This document shows positions 1 through 9,913 of a stretch of 37,899 nucleotides of DNA, in pieces (position 1 is the stretch's first letter; each line of letters begins with the position of its first letter). Position numbers and translations under genes: made by a program. The notes under the pieces were generated by a model. That model was not told the DNA's origin and did no database searches. It saw only the letters and a program-made list of their open reading frames with translations. Source of the DNA: Alphaproteobacteria bacterium (GTDB taxonomy: Bacteria; Pseudomonadota; Alphaproteobacteria; JACAEB01); assembly GCA_013389075.1 (NCBI GenBank), contig JACAEB010000155.1, forward strand, positions 1-37,899, in the 5' to 3' direction.

Positions 1-2
1 CC

Positions 3-602
3 CGCACGCAGGGCGGTCTCGAGGCGCTGGACGATGCCATCCGGGCCTCCGGGCGGGGCGGGGCGACACTCGTCCCCGCCGATCTCTCCGACCACGACGC
101 GCTCGACGAGCTCCTTCCCGCCATCGCCGCGCGCTTCGGCCGGCTCGACGGGGCGATCCTCGCCGCCGGCGCCCTCGGCTCCCTCGCCCCCGTCTCCCAC
201 ATCATGACCCAGGAATGGAAGCGCATGTGGGACGTGAACGTCACCGCCAATCTGCGGCTCATCCGGGCGCTCGATCCGCTTCTGCGGGCGACCGGCGGGG
301 GGCACCTCATCGCCGTGTCTGACGGGGCCCTCGGCGAGGTGCCGGCCTATTGGGGCGGCTATCTCGCGACCAAGGCCGCGCTCGAGACGATCGTCACGGC
401 CTATGCGCGCGAGGTGGCGCGGACGGGGCTTGCCGTCACCCTCGTGCGGCCCCCGCCCATGGCGACCGCCCTGCGGCAGGACGCCTTTCCGGCCGAGACC
501 ACGGCCCGCCTTGCGAGACCGGACGCCGTGGCGGCACGCCTTCTGGCGCTCTTCGCGGAGCCACCGCCCGAAGGCCGGCGCCTTCCGGCCGCCCTCGGCT
601 GA
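3..602 (+). CDS. SDR family oxidoreductase (YciK-like), 5'-truncated by window edge
   Basis: The frame of ORF 204..602 is open back to base 3 (RTQGGLEALDDAIR...FGRLDGAILAAG). It has the YxxxK motif YLATK. Confidence 0.85.
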   Translation, partial: RTQGGLEALDDAIRASGRGGATLVPADLSDHDALDELLPAIAARFGRLDGAILAAGALGSLAPVSHIMTQEWKRMWDVNVTANLRLIRALDPLLRATGGGHLIAVSDGALGEVPAYWGGYLATKAALETIVTAYAREVARTGLAVTLVRPPPMATALRQDAFPAETTARLARPDAVAARLLALFAEPPPEGRRLPAALG

Positions 603-678
603 TCTGACCGGTTCCCTTCGACGGCCCGAGCGCTTACGCTCCGTTTGTAGACAATCGACCACGAACGGGGAGGAACCC

Positions 679-1686
679 ATGTCGCCCGCGCCCATCCGCA
701 CCATCGCCGCGCTCGCCGCAGCGGTCTCGGCCCTCCTTGCCATGGCGCCCGCCGCCTCGGCCCTCGAGGGGACCTATACGGAGACGACACTCGAGAGCAC
801 GCTCGTCCCCTCCCCCGTTCCCATCAGCGTCTACACCCCGCCCGGCTATGACCCGGACCGGGCCGAGCCCTATCCGCTCATCATCCAGCTTCACGGCGGC
901 GGCGGCGACAACACGCATATGGAGCGCATGTCGCGCCTCCTCGAGCAGGCGATCGCGGAGGGCCGCGTGCCGCCGGCGGTGTCGGTCATGCCGGCGGCGG
1001 GCCGGACCTTCTACATGGATTTCAAGGACGGCTCGCAGAAATGGGAGAGCTTCGTCACGGAGGATCTGATCGCCCACATGCGCAAGACCTACAACGTCGT
1101 GGAGGGGCGCGAGGGCACGCTGATCACCGGCATCTCCATGGGCGGGATGGGCTCGCTCCGCATGGCCTTCAAGCATCCGGACATCTTCCACGCCGTCGCC
1201 AGCATGGAGCCCGGCATCGAGCCCAATCTCGACTTCGACGAGATCGCGGTCCGCGACCGCTTCTGGCGCTCGGACGAGCTGTTCCGGCAGATCTACGGGG
1301 ACCCGGTGGACGAGGCCTACTGGCAGGCGAACAACCCGGCCAACATCGCCGCGGCAGACCCCGAGCGGCTCGTCGATCTCGCCATCTATCTCGAGGCCGG
1401 CGACCAGGACATGTTCTATCTTCATCACGGGACGGAGTTCGTGCACCGCATCCTGTTCGACGCGGGGCTCAGCCATGAATACCGCCTCGTGCGCGGGGCC
1501 GAGCATGTCGGCCCCTCGATCGGCCCCCGCTTCCTCGACGCCATGAGCTTCTTCGGCCGCGTCCTCGACCCGCCGGTCTGGGTGGACGATCAGGTCCTCC
1601 GCACCCGGCAGTATCTCGACGGGCTCAAGGAACGCGCCGGCATGGAGGTGATCGAGCACGACCCGCGGCGCCTGAGGGCGAACTAG
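679..1686 (+). CDS. Secreted putative esterase (alpha/beta hydrolase, PF00756-like)
   Basis: ATG 679 follows a GGGGAGGA RBS. Ala-rich signal peptide ending ASA-LE, LHGGG oxyanion motif, nucleophile GISMGG, C-terminal GAEH. Confidence 0.85.
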   Translation: MSPAPIRTIAALAAAVSALLAMAPAASALEGTYTETTLESTLVPSPVPISVYTPPGYDPDRAEPYPLIIQLHGGGGDNTHMERMSRLLEQAIAEGRVPPAVSVMPAAGRTFYMDFKDGSQKWESFVTEDLIAHMRKTYNVVEGREGTLITGISMGGMGSLRMAFKHPDIFHAVASMEPGIEPNLDFDEIAVRDRFWRSDELFRQIYGDPVDEAYWQANNPANIAAADPERLVDLAIYLEAGDQDMFYLHHGTEFVHRILFDAGLSHEYRLVRGAEHVGPSIGPRFLDAMSFFGRVLDPPVWVDDQVLRTRQYLDGLKERAGMEVIEHDPRRLRAN

Positions 1687-1829
1687 TCCGGACGGAGACG
1701 GCCGGCGAGCGGCCCATTGCGCGGGCGGAGGGCGCGGCCCTGGTTTTCCTGGTCCGCGGAAGATGACGGAGTGCGCGCCTGGCGGTCCGGCTAGACCGGC
1801 CACCTGGTGCGACCCGCAGCAAGGATCAG

Positions 1830-2165
1830 ATGATGCTCAAGCCAGGAAAGAACATCGCGATCAAAGTGCCCCTCTACAAATGGAACGAAACGGTAGCCTT
1901 CTATCGCGACCGTGTGGGGCTTGAAGTGGTCAGGGAGCTGCCGGAGAGCACCGCATTCGCATTCGGAAGCATGACCTTGTGGATCGACAGGGTCGAAAGG
2001 CAGAGCCAGACCGATGTCTGGCTGGAACTGATCACGGATGAACCCGACGAAGCGCTGAAGACACTCGGAAGCCCCCGGCGCGACGAGCTGGAACCCCTTG
2101 ACGGTGTGAACGGGCATTGGACGTCCGACCCGGCAGGCGTCGTCCTCCTGCTTTGCAGGGAATAA
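1830..2165 (+). CDS. VOC/glyoxalase-like small protein
   Basis: NIAIKV...VAFYRDRVGL...W.SDPAG pattern typical of the VOC fold. AAGGA upstream. GC about 61% by hand count over 1861-2160. Confidence 0.7.
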   Translation: MMLKPGKNIAIKVPLYKWNETVAFYRDRVGLEVVRELPESTAFAFGSMTLWIDRVERQSQTDVWLELITDEPDEALKTLGSPRRDELEPLDGVNGHWTSDPAGVVLLLCRE

Positions 2166-2194
2166 ATCCGCCGGAAAGCGCCCGCCGGCCGATC

Positions 2195-3583
2195 CTACCC
2201 CTCGTCCGTATACGGGTTCTTCGGCTTGCGCATCACGAAGCGCAGCGGCGTGCCCGGGAAGTCGAAGCTCTCCCGCAGCGCGTTTGAGAGATAGCGCATA
2301 TAGCTCTGCGGGATCGCCTCCGGCCGTGACACGAAGAGCGCGAAGGTGGGCGGTCTCGCCTTGGCCTGGGTGATGTAGCGCAGGCGCACGGGCCGGCCCT
2401 GGGCGGCCGGCGGCTGGTGCGCGGCGACCGTGTCGGCGAGCCAGCGGTTGAGCTGGCCGGTCGAGACGCGGCGGGTCCAGCCCTCATAGGCGCGGGTGAC
2501 GGCCTCCATGAGGCGCGGCAGGCCCGTCCCCGTCGTCGCCGAGACCGGAACGAGCGGCACGCCCTTGATCTGGGGCAGGAGAATGTCGAGCCGCTCGGTC
2601 AGCGCACGGCGCAACCCGTCGCGGTCCTCCACGAGATCCCATTTGTTCAGCGCAAGGACGATTCCCCGCCCCTCATTGGCGACGAGCTCGGCGATCTGCG
2701 CGTCCTGCTTCTCGAGAGCCATGGTGGCATCGAGCACCACGACCACCACCTCGGCGAAGCGGATGACCCGCAGCGTGTCGCCGACGGACATCTTCTCGAG
2801 GGTCTCCGAGATCCGCGCGCGCCGCCTCATCCCGGCCGTGTCGTAGAGCTTGATCGCCCGCCCCTGCCAGCTCCAGTCGACCGAGATGGAATCGCGGGTG
2901 ATGCCCGCCTCGGGGCCGGTGAGGAGGCGTTCCTCGCCCAGAAGCCGGTTGATGAGCGTCGACTTGCCCACATTGGGCCGGCCCACGATGGCAAGGCGGA
3001 GCGGCCGGTCCGGCGCTCCCTCCTCCCCGTCTTCCCCCGCGCCTTCCGCACCGGGCTCGGCGGCGTCGGGATCGTCCGTGGCCGGTGTGAGCGTCTCGGC
3101 GAGGTCGGCGACCGCCTGTGCGAGCTCGTCGAGGCCGAGCCCGTGCTCGGCCGACAGCTCGACGGGCGTGCCGAGCCCGAGGGCGAAGGCCTCGGCGACG
3201 CCCGCCTCGGCCTCGCGCCCCTCGCACTTGTTGGTGACGAGCACGAGCGGGCGGCCCGACCGGCGCAGGATCTCGGCGAAATGCTGGTCATAGGGGGTGA
3301 CGCCGGCGCGGGCATCGATGACGAAGAGCACGATGTCGGCCTCGGCGACCGCGCTCTCGGTCATGGCGCGCATGCGCCCGGCGAGCGATCCCGCCTCGGC
3401 CTCCTCGAGCCCGGCCGTATCGACGAGCCGCACGCGGAGCGATCCGACGCGGCCCTCGGCCTCCCGCCGGTCGCGCGTCACGCCCGGCGTGTCATGGACC
3501 AGCGCGAGGCGCTTGCCGGCGAGCCGGTTGAAGAGCGTGGACTTGCCCACATTCGGGCGTCCGACGATGGCGAGCGTGAGCAT
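2195..3583 (-). CDS. der: Ribosome biogenesis GTPase Der (EngA)
   Basis: Two GRPNVGKS P-loops, DTAG motifs, acidic linker and KH-like C-terminus. Confidence 0.98.
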   Translation of the reverse strand: MLTLAIVGRPNVGKSTLFNRLAGKRLALVHDTPGVTRDRREAEGRVGSLRVRLVDTAGLEEAEAGSLAGRMRAMTESAVAEADIVLFVIDARAGVTPYDQHFAEILRRSGRPLVLVTNKCEGREAEAGVAEAFALGLGTPVELSAEHGLGLDELAQAVADLAETLTPATDDPDAAEPGAEGAGEDGEEGAPDRPLRLAIVGRPNVGKSTLINRLLGEERLLTGPEAGITRDSISVDWSWQGRAIKLYDTAGMRRRARISETLEKMSVGDTLRVIRFAEVVVVVLDATMALEKQDAQIAELVANEGRGIVLALNKWDLVEDRDGLRRALTERLDILLPQIKGVPLVPVSATTGTGLPRLMEAVTRAYEGWTRRVSTGQLNRWLADTVAAHQPPAAQGRPVRLRYITQAKARPPTFALFVSRPEAIPQSYMRYLSNALRESFDFPGTPLRFVMRKPKNPYTDEG

Positions 3584-3607
3584 GATGGCCGGGCGCCGCG
3601 CGCCCCC

Positions 3608-4996
3608 TCAGCGATAGGCCTCGAGCGTGCCGTCGTCGAGGAGCAGGAACAGCGTGTCGTTCGCCACGGCGGGGCGGATATAGCTCGGAGCGGAGAGTTC
3701 GATTTCCGAGAGGATGCCGCCATCATTGGGCGAGGCCGCGACGAGGCGCTCGTCCGAGGACGTGAGCCACAGCCTGCCGCCGGCGAGAACCGGCCCCGAC
3801 CAGGCGATGGCGTCCTCCTCGTCGTCCTCGTCCTCCCAGCGGGGGAGCTGGGTGATCCAGCGCACGCGCCCGTCGCGCGCCGAGAGGCAGACGAGCTGGG
3901 CGTCGAGCGTGACGATGTAGAGGAAGTCGCCGGCGACCCAGGGCGTCTCGACCGAGGCGATGTTCCGTGTCCAGACACGCTCGCCGATCCTGAGGTCCAC
4001 CGAGATGAGCCGGCCCGAATGGCTGACGGCATAGACACGGCCGGCGGAGATGACCGGGCTGCCGGCGATGTCGTTGAGCGCGGACATGGCGGTGAGGCGC
4101 CCGGTGCGGGTCAGCGAATCCGTCCAGGCCATGCGGCCATTGTCGGCCCGGAGCGCGGTGAGTTCGCCCGACGAGAAGGGCGCGATGACGATCTCCCCGG
4201 ACACGGCGGGGCTCGAGGAGGCGAGCACACCCGCCGGCTCCTCGATGCCGCGATAGCTCCAGATCAGCGTGCCGTCGGCGGCGTCAAGACCCACGAGGCG
4301 GTTGTCGTAGCTCGTGGCGAAGACCCGTCCGCCCACGGCGGTGGGCGCCGTGCGGAACGGCGTGCCGAGGGTCTTCGTCCAGGCGATGGCGCCGGTCTCC
4401 GCGTCGATGGCGAGCGCGGTGCCGAACCCGGTGACGGCATAAAGACGCCCGTCCATGAAGGCGATCCCGCCCCCGAAGCCCGCTGCCGCGCGTTCATCCT
4501 CGGGCGTGAGCTCCACCTCCCACAGCCGGTCGCCGGTCTCGCTCGAAAAGGCGCGCACGGTGCTTTCCGCATCGAGCACGTAGACGCGCCCGCCCGCGAT
4601 GATGGGCGGGGCCATGATCCGTGTGCGCCGCGTCGAGCCCGCGCCCGCATTGGCGCGCCAGACCCGGCTCAGGGTGTCGCCGAGGGCGATGTGGCGCATG
4701 GCATGATCGGGCGTGCCCCCCGGCTGGCTCCAGGCGGCAAGGGTCGCCGGTGGCGGCAGACGCACCTCGACATCGGCGATGCGGGGGTCCACCTCGAGGC
4801 GCTGCTCGAGCTCGAGGATCGAGATGCGCTGGCCGCCGATGGTGTCCTTCTTCTCGTCGTCCCTGCCACCGAAGATGCCGCTCACGGTCGAGCAGGCGCC
4901 GAGGGCGAGGAGAAGCGGCAGGAAAACGCACCAGCGCGCGCGGAAGGCGCGCGGCGCGCGGACGGTCATGTGGTCTGGACGCATCGCAGGTTCCAT
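3608..4996 (-). CDS. bamB: PQQ-like beta-propeller outer membrane lipoprotein BamB (start may be 4984 or 4969)
   Basis: Lipobox LALGAC, repeated beta-propeller blades (G...W), conserved yfgM-bamB-der order. Confidence 0.88.
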   Translation of the reverse strand: MEPAMRPDHMTVRAPRAFRARWCVFLPLLLALGACSTVSGIFGGRDDEKKDTIGGQRISILELEQRLEVDPRIADVEVRLPPPATLAAWSQPGGTPDHAMRHIALGDTLSRVWRANAGAGSTRRTRIMAPPIIAGGRVYVLDAESTVRAFSSETGDRLWEVELTPEDERAAAGFGGGIAFMDGRLYAVTGFGTALAIDAETGAIAWTKTLGTPFRTAPTAVGGRVFATSYDNRLVGLDAADGTLIWSYRGIEEPAGVLASSSPAVSGEIVIAPFSSGELTALRADNGRMAWTDSLTRTGRLTAMSALNDIAGSPVISAGRVYAVSHSGRLISVDLRIGERVWTRNIASVETPWVAGDFLYIVTLDAQLVCLSARDGRVRWITQLPRWEDEDDEEDAIAWSGPVLAGGRLWLTSSDERLVAASPNDGGILSEIELSAPSYIRPAVANDTLFLLLDDGTLEAYR

Positions 4997-5026
4997 TCTG
5001 TTGCCGCCTTGCTGTTGCCGACTTGC

Positions 5027-5752
5027 CTATTCGCCGGTCGAGGCTCCCTCGGCCGCGGGCTCCCCGCTCGTCGCCCCGGGTTCGGAGGCGGCTTCAGGCT
5101 CGAGGGGTCCTTCCTCGGCCACGAGCGCGAGGATCTTGCCCGCCCGCCCGCGCATGTCCTGCGGGGTCTCGGCATCCTCGACGAGAAACTGCGCATTGTC
5201 CCGCGCGGCCGCGTAATCGCCCTCGCGATAGGCCGCGAAGGCGAGAAGCTCGTAGGCGAAATGGCGCAGCGGGTGGTCGCCGAGGAGGGGCGTGAGCCGG
5301 CCGGTCAGATCGTCCATGCTGGAGGTGTCGGCCACCATCATGGCAGCCGAAAGGCGGGCGAGGTCGCGATAGATCGCGGGCAGGCTGCGGTCGGGGCTGA
5401 CGGTGTCGAACGCCGCGAGCGCGCCCTCCGCATTGCCGGCCTCGCGCAGGGCGACGGCGCGCTGCAGCGCCGCGAGCGCGGGATAGCCGCCCGGGCCGCT
5501 GCTCGCGATCTCGCCGAAGGCGCCGATGGCGGCCTCGAGCTGGCCCTCCTCGGCCGTCTCGGCGGCGGCGATGTAGCGGTCGGAGGCCTCGGCCCTCTGC
5601 TTGGCGTCGATGTCGCGCCACAGCAGCACGGCCCCGCACACGAAGACGAACAGGGCGGCGCCGCCGATGACGAACGGACCGTAGCGATGCCAGCTCGCGC
5701 GCAGGCGGTCCTGGGCGAGGGCCTCGTCGACTTCCTGGAAGGCATCGGCCAA
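5027..5752 (-). CDS. YfgM-like tetratricopeptide membrane protein
   Basis: TTG 5752 lies 8 nt after GAGGAG and gives MADAFQEVDEAL..D, one TM helix and a helical periplasmic region. Located upstream of bamB. Confidence 0.85.
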   Translation of the reverse strand: MADAFQEVDEALAQDRLRASWHRYGPFVIGGAALFVFVCGAVLLWRDIDAKQRAEASDRYIAAAETAEEGQLEAAIGAFGEIASSGPGGYPALAALQRAVALREAGNAEGALAAFDTVSPDRSLPAIYRDLARLSAAMMVADTSSMDDLTGRLTPLLGDHPLRHFAYELLAFAAYREGDYAAARDNAQFLVEDAETPQDMRGRAGKILALVAEEGPLEPEAASEPGATSGEPAAEGASTGE

Positions 5753-5790
5753 GGGGAGCACTCCTCGGGGTTGTCCGGCTCGGAAAGGAG

Positions 5791-5819
5791 TTGATACCGG
5801 CTCGGCCTGACGGTGGCAA
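5791..5819 (-). promoter_or_regulatory. Candidate sigma70 promoter of yfgM-bamB-der
   Basis: Minus strand reads TTGCCA-N17-TATCAA, about 40 nt upstream of the yfgM start. Confidence 0.5.
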
Positions 5820-5848
5820 CGACGCCGATGGGCGGGGGATGGGGCGGC

Positions 5849-6697
5849 TCAGGCGCGCGGCTTGCGCATGCCGTAGACATTGTCGGGGCCGGGGAAGGCG
5901 CGCGAGCGCACCTCCTCGGCATAGGCGGCGACCGCCGCCTCGATCTCCCCGCCGAGCCGGGCGTACTGCTTGACGAACTTCGGCGGCGAGGGGTTCAGCC
6001 CCAGAAGATCCTCGGTCACGAGGATCTGCCCGTCACAGGCCGGCGAGGCGCCGATGCCGATGGTGGGGATGGCGACGCTGGCGGTGATCCGCGCGGCCAG
6101 CGGTTCGGCCGTGCCCTCCACCACCACGGCGAAGGCCCCGGCGTCGCTTACGGCGCGGGCATCGGCCTCGATGGCGGGCCAGTCGGCCTCGTCGCGGCCC
6201 TGCGTGCGGAAGCCGCCCATCACATTGATCATCTGCGGCGTGAGTCCGATATGGGCCATCACCGGGATGCCCCGCGCGCTGAGATAGGCGATGGTCTCGG
6301 CCATGCGGGCGCCGCCCTCGAGCTTCACCGCCGTGGCGCCGGTCTCGTGGATGACGCGGGCGGCGTTCCGGAAGGCGATGGAGGGGCTTTCCTCATAGGT
6401 GCCGAAGGGCATGTCCACCACCACGAGCGCCCGGTGCGCCCCGCGCATCACGGCCTTGGCGTGGAGGATCATGAGGTCGAGCGAGACGCCGAGCGTCGTC
6501 TCCATCCCGTGCATCACCATGCCGAGCGAATCGCCCACCAGCATGAGGTCGACATGCCGGTCGAGCAGCCGCGCCGTATGGGCGTGGTAGCAGGTCAGGC
6601 AGACGATGGGCGTGCCCCCCTTGCGGGCGCGGATCTCGGGGACCGTGACGCGCTTGACGGGCGGGCCGCCGGCGGGCTCGTGCGGCGTTGTGGACAT
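5849..6697 (-). CDS. panB: 3-methyl-2-oxobutanoate hydroxymethyltransferase
   Basis: [29 protein letters not shown] and GIGA...DGQILV motifs. Confidence 0.98.
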   Translation of the reverse strand: MSTTPHEPAGGPPVKRVTVPEIRARKGGTPIVCLTCYHAHTARLLDRHVDLMLVGDSLGMVMHGMETTLGVSLDLMILHAKAVMRGAHRALVVVDMPFGTYEESPSIAFRNAARVIHETGATAVKLEGGARMAETIAYLSARGIPVMAHIGLTPQMINVMGGFRTQGRDEADWPAIEADARAVSDAGAFAVVVEGTAEPLAARITASVAIPTIGIGASPACDGQILVTEDLLGLNPSPPKFVKQYARLGGEIEAAVAAYAEEVRSRAFPGPDNVYGMRKPRA

Positions 6698-6797
6698 GCG
6701 CCTCCTCTACACCGGCCGCCGTCCGCTGTCATCCTGCCGCGGCGCGGAGCCGGCGTGCAGGATGGACAGAACCCCTCGCCTTCGCTTCACTAGGCGG

Positions 6798-7433
6798 ATG
6801 CGAAAGCTGAGTCTCATGGCCGTGATCGTGCTTCCGCTCCTTGCCGGGGCGGTTTTCCTGGGGCTTTGGCTGCTGCGGGGCGAACCGGCGCGCGCGCCCG
6901 AAGGGACGCCCCCCGCCTCCGTGGCCGAGGTCACCGGCACCCCCCCGCAGGCCCTGCCCCCGCCCGTCCCCGGCCAGACCGGCCATGCCGGCACACCCCG
7001 GCCCGCGCAGCTCGGCGTTCCCGCCGTGGCGCCCGCCGCCGAGCCCGCGCCGGGCCCGGCTGCCGACGGGGCCGAGGCAAGGCCCGGACCTGCCCCCGAC
7101 CCCCAGCCCGGCGCCTACATCCCCGAACGCGTCGCGGGGGCGCCGCCCGACCCGGTCCGGGGTGCCGAGCTTGCCGGCAGCCTGTGCGCCGGCTGCCATG
7201 CGATCGAATCGGGCGCGCTCGAAAGCCCCGTGCCCGATGCCCCGCCCTTCTGGACCTTCCGCACCCAGTGGCCGCTCGATCATCTGGAGGAAGCGCTGGC
7301 CGAGGGCATCATGGTGTCGAACCCCAATCACCCCATGCCGGTCTTCCAGTTCGAGCCCGCCGACATCGACGACCTCATCGCGTTTCTCGGCACGCTGAAG
7401 GGTCCGGCGCCCGAGACGACGCTCAGCCCCTGA
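6798..7433 (+). CDS. Membrane-anchored monoheme cytochrome c with Pro/Ala-rich linker
   Basis: N-terminal hydrophobic helix, long P/A-rich segment, CAGCH heme motif, HPMP (candidate Met ligand), C-terminal DDLIAFL helix. Confidence 0.85.
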   Translation: MRKLSLMAVIVLPLLAGAVFLGLWLLRGEPARAPEGTPPASVAEVTGTPPQALPPPVPGQTGHAGTPRPAQLGVPAVAPAAEPAPGPAADGAEARPGPAPDPQPGAYIPERVAGAPPDPVRGAELAGSLCAGCHAIESGALESPVPDAPPFWTFRTQWPLDHLEEALAEGIMVSNPNHPMPVFQFEPADIDDLIAFLGTLKGPAPETTLSP

Positions 7434-7473
7434 GCGCCTGGCCCGGCCCGGCTCCCGCCCGCCCCCTTGAATG

Positions 7474-7490
7474 ATACCCCCATGGGGTAT
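7474..7490. promoter_or_regulatory. CsoR/RcnR-type operator ATACCCC-CAT-GGGGTAT within the copA promoter
   Basis: Perfect 7-bp inverted repeat with C/G tracts and ATAC/GTAT ends. Sits between TTGAAT (7467-7472) and the ATG of a Cu-ATPase. Confidence 0.75.
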
Positions 7491-7501
7491 ACCTCTGCCT
7501 C

Positions 7502-9838
7502 ATGCACACGCACGCCCACGCGACCGGACCGGAGCGTGACGCCGCGGGGTCACGCGACCCCGTCTGCGGCATGACGCCCAAGCCCGACACGCCCCACCGC
7601 ACCCGTCACGCGGGGCAGGAGGTGCTGTTCTGCAGCGCCGGCTGCCGGGCGAAGTTCGAGGCCGATCCCGCCCGCTATCTCGGCGCCGCGCCAGGGCCCG
7701 AGCCCGAGCCGGTGCCCGCGGGGACGCAATGGACCTGCCCCATGCACCCCGAGATCGTGCGCGAGGGGCCCGGCGCCTGCCCCCTCTGCGGCATGGCGCT
7801 CGAGCCCATGCGTCCGGGCGCGGACGACGCGCCCAATCCCGAGCTCGCCGACATGACGCGCCGGCTCTGGGTGGGCGGAGCGCTCGCCCTGCCCCTCTTC
7901 CTTCTCGAAATGGGCGGTCATGTCGCCGGGATGGAGATGGACGCCCTGCCGCCCCATCTCATGCCCTGGATCCAGCTCGCCCTCGCGACACCGGTCGTCC
8001 TCTGGGCGGGCTGGCCCTTCTTCGTGCGCGGGGTTCAGTCCGTCCGCGCCCGCGCGCTCAACATGTTCACGCTCATCGCGCTCGGGACGGGGGCGGCCTT
8101 TGGCTACAGCCTCGTCGCGACGCTGGCACCCGGTCTCTTTCCGCCTGCCCTGCGTGATGCGCACGGCCTCGTTCCCGTCTATTTCGAGGCGGCGGCGGTC
8201 ATCACGGTCCTCGTTCTCCTCGGCCAGGTGCTGGAGCTGCGCGCCCGCGAGCGCACGGGCGGCGCCATCCGCGCGCTGATGAAGCTCGCCCCGCGCACGG
8301 CGCTCCGTCTCACCGAGGCGGGCGAGGAGGAGGTTCCGATCGAGGCCGTGCGCGTGGGCGACCGCCTGCGCATCCGCCCGGGCGAGAAGGTGCCGGTCGA
8401 CGGCCGCGTCGCCGAGGGCCGGTCGACCCTCGACGAATCCATGGTGACGGGCGAGTCCATGCCCGTCCCGAAGGGCCCCGGGGACGGTCTCATCGGCGGC
8501 ACGATCAACGCCGCGGGCGGGCTCGTGATGATCGCCGAGCGCGTGGGCGGGGAGACCATGCTCGCGCGCATCGTCGATCTCGTCGCCGCCGCCCAGCGCA
8601 GCCGCGCGCCCATCCAGCGCCTCGCCGACCAGGTCTCGGCCGTCTTCGTGCCGGCGGTCATCGCCGTGGGCCTCCTCGCCTTCGTCCTCTGGCTCGCCTT
8701 CGGTCCTGCCCCGGCGCTGAGCTATGGCATCGTCGCGGCGGTCTCGGTGCTGATCATCGCCTGCCCCTGCGCGCTCGGCCTCGCGACGCCCATGTCGGTG
8801 ATGGCGGGTGTGGGGCTCGGCGCGCGGGCGGGGATCCTCATCCGCAATGCCGAGGCGCTCGAGTGTCTCGCCCGGGTGGACACGCTCGTGCTCGACAAGA
8901 CCGGCACGCTCACCGAAGGACGGCCCGCCCTCGTCGCCATCGAGCCCGTCCCGGACAGTCCGCTCCCGGAGGACGCGCTTCTGCGCCTGGCCGCGAGCCT
9001 CGAGGCCCCGAGCGAGCATCCGCTCGCGGCCGCGATCCGGGAGGGCGCGAAGGCGCGGGGCCTGCCGCTCGCCGAGCCCTCGGGGTTCCGCTCGCCGCCC
9101 GGACAGGGCGTGCTGGGCGATGTGGAGGGGCATGCCCTCGCCATCGGCGCCGAGCGCTTCCTCGGCAGCCTCGGCATCGACCCGGCGCCGCTCGCCGGGG
9201 CGGCGCGCGCCCATCGCGAGGCGGGCGCCAGCGTCGTCTTCCTCGCCGTCGACGGCCGCGCCCTCGCCCTTCTCGCCATCGCCGACCCCGTGAAGGAGAC
9301 GACACCGGCGGCGCTCGAGGCCCTGCGGGCGGAGGGGATCGGGCTCGTGATGCTGACGGGCGACACGCGCGCCACCGCCGAGGCCGTCGCGGCGCGGCTC
9401 GGCATCACGCACGTCGAGGCCGAGGTGCTGCCCGAGGACAAGGCGCGCCTCGTGACGCAGCTCCGGACGGAGGGACGCATCGTCGCCATGGCGGGCGACG
9501 GCGTGAACGACGCTCCGGCCCTCGCCGCCGCCGATGTGGGCATCGCCATGGGTGCGGGAACCGATGTCGCCATCGAAAGCGCAGGCGTGACCCTCGTGCG
9601 CGGCGATCTCACCGGCATCGTCCGGGCCCGGCGCATTTCGGCGGCGACCCTGCGCAACATCCGCCAGAACCTCGCCTTCGCCTTCGTCTACAACGCGGCC
9701 GGCGTGCCCGTGGCGGCGGGCCTTCTCTACCCCTTCACGGGGCTGCTCCTCTCGCCGGTCCTCGCCGCGGCGGCGATGTCGCTCTCCTCGGTCTCGGTGA
9801 TCGCCAATGCCCTGCGGCTCGGGCGGATGCGGGTCTGA
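7502..9838 (+). CDS. copA: Cu(I)/Ag(I)-translocating P1B-type ATPase with YHS and heavy-metal-binding domains
   Basis: DPVCGM..FCSAGC, WTCPMHP..CPLCGM, TGES, CPCALG, DKTGT, SEHP, GDGVND, YN and MSLSS. Confidence 0.95.
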   Translation: MHTHAHATGPERDAAGSRDPVCGMTPKPDTPHRTRHAGQEVLFCSAGCRAKFEADPARYLGAAPGPEPEPVPAGTQWTCPMHPEIVREGPGACPLCGMALEPMRPGADDAPNPELADMTRRLWVGGALALPLFLLEMGGHVAGMEMDALPPHLMPWIQLALATPVVLWAGWPFFVRGVQSVRARALNMFTLIALGTGAAFGYSLVATLAPGLFPPALRDAHGLVPVYFEAAAVITVLVLLGQVLELRARERTGGAIRALMKLAPRTALRLTEAGEEEVPIEAVRVGDRLRIRPGEKVPVDGRVAEGRSTLDESMVTGESMPVPKGPGDGLIGGTINAAGGLVMIAERVGGETMLARIVDLVAAAQRSRAPIQRLADQVSAVFVPAVIAVGLLAFVLWLAFGPAPALSYGIVAAVSVLIIACPCALGLATPMSVMAGVGLGARAGILIRNAEALECLARVDTLVLDKTGTLTEGRPALVAIEPVPDSPLPEDALLRLAASLEAPSEHPLAAAIREGAKARGLPLAEPSGFRSPPGQGVLGDVEGHALAIGAERFLGSLGIDPAPLAGAARAHREAGASVVFLAVDGRALALLAIADPVKETTPAALEALRAEGIGLVMLTGDTRATAEAVAARLGITHVEAEVLPEDKARLVTQLRTEGRIVAMAGDGVNDAPALAAADVGIAMGAGTDVAIESAGVTLVRGDLTGIVRARRISAATLRNIRQNLAFAFVYNAAGVPVAAGLLYPFTGLLLSPVLAAAAMSLSSVSVIANALRLGRMRV

Positions 9839-9913
9839 GGCGGCGCGAGAATCGGTACGCGCGGCGACACCATCGAGGCCTCACGCGGGGTGCCTCGGGG
9901 TCGCGCCGGCCCC

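Noticed and set aside
1683-1794. Two CTAG tetramers flanking ~105 bp with short CCGGAC/GTCCGG inverted ends (possible MITE)
   Set aside because: The inverted repeat is only 6 bp of GC-rich sequence, one CTAG is simply the esterase stop codon, and there is no second copy in the window.
2417-5794. 1125-aa plus-strand ORF
   Set aside because: Antisense shadow of der-bamB-yfgM. High-GC codon bias removes stops on the opposite strand, and it has no recognisable motifs.
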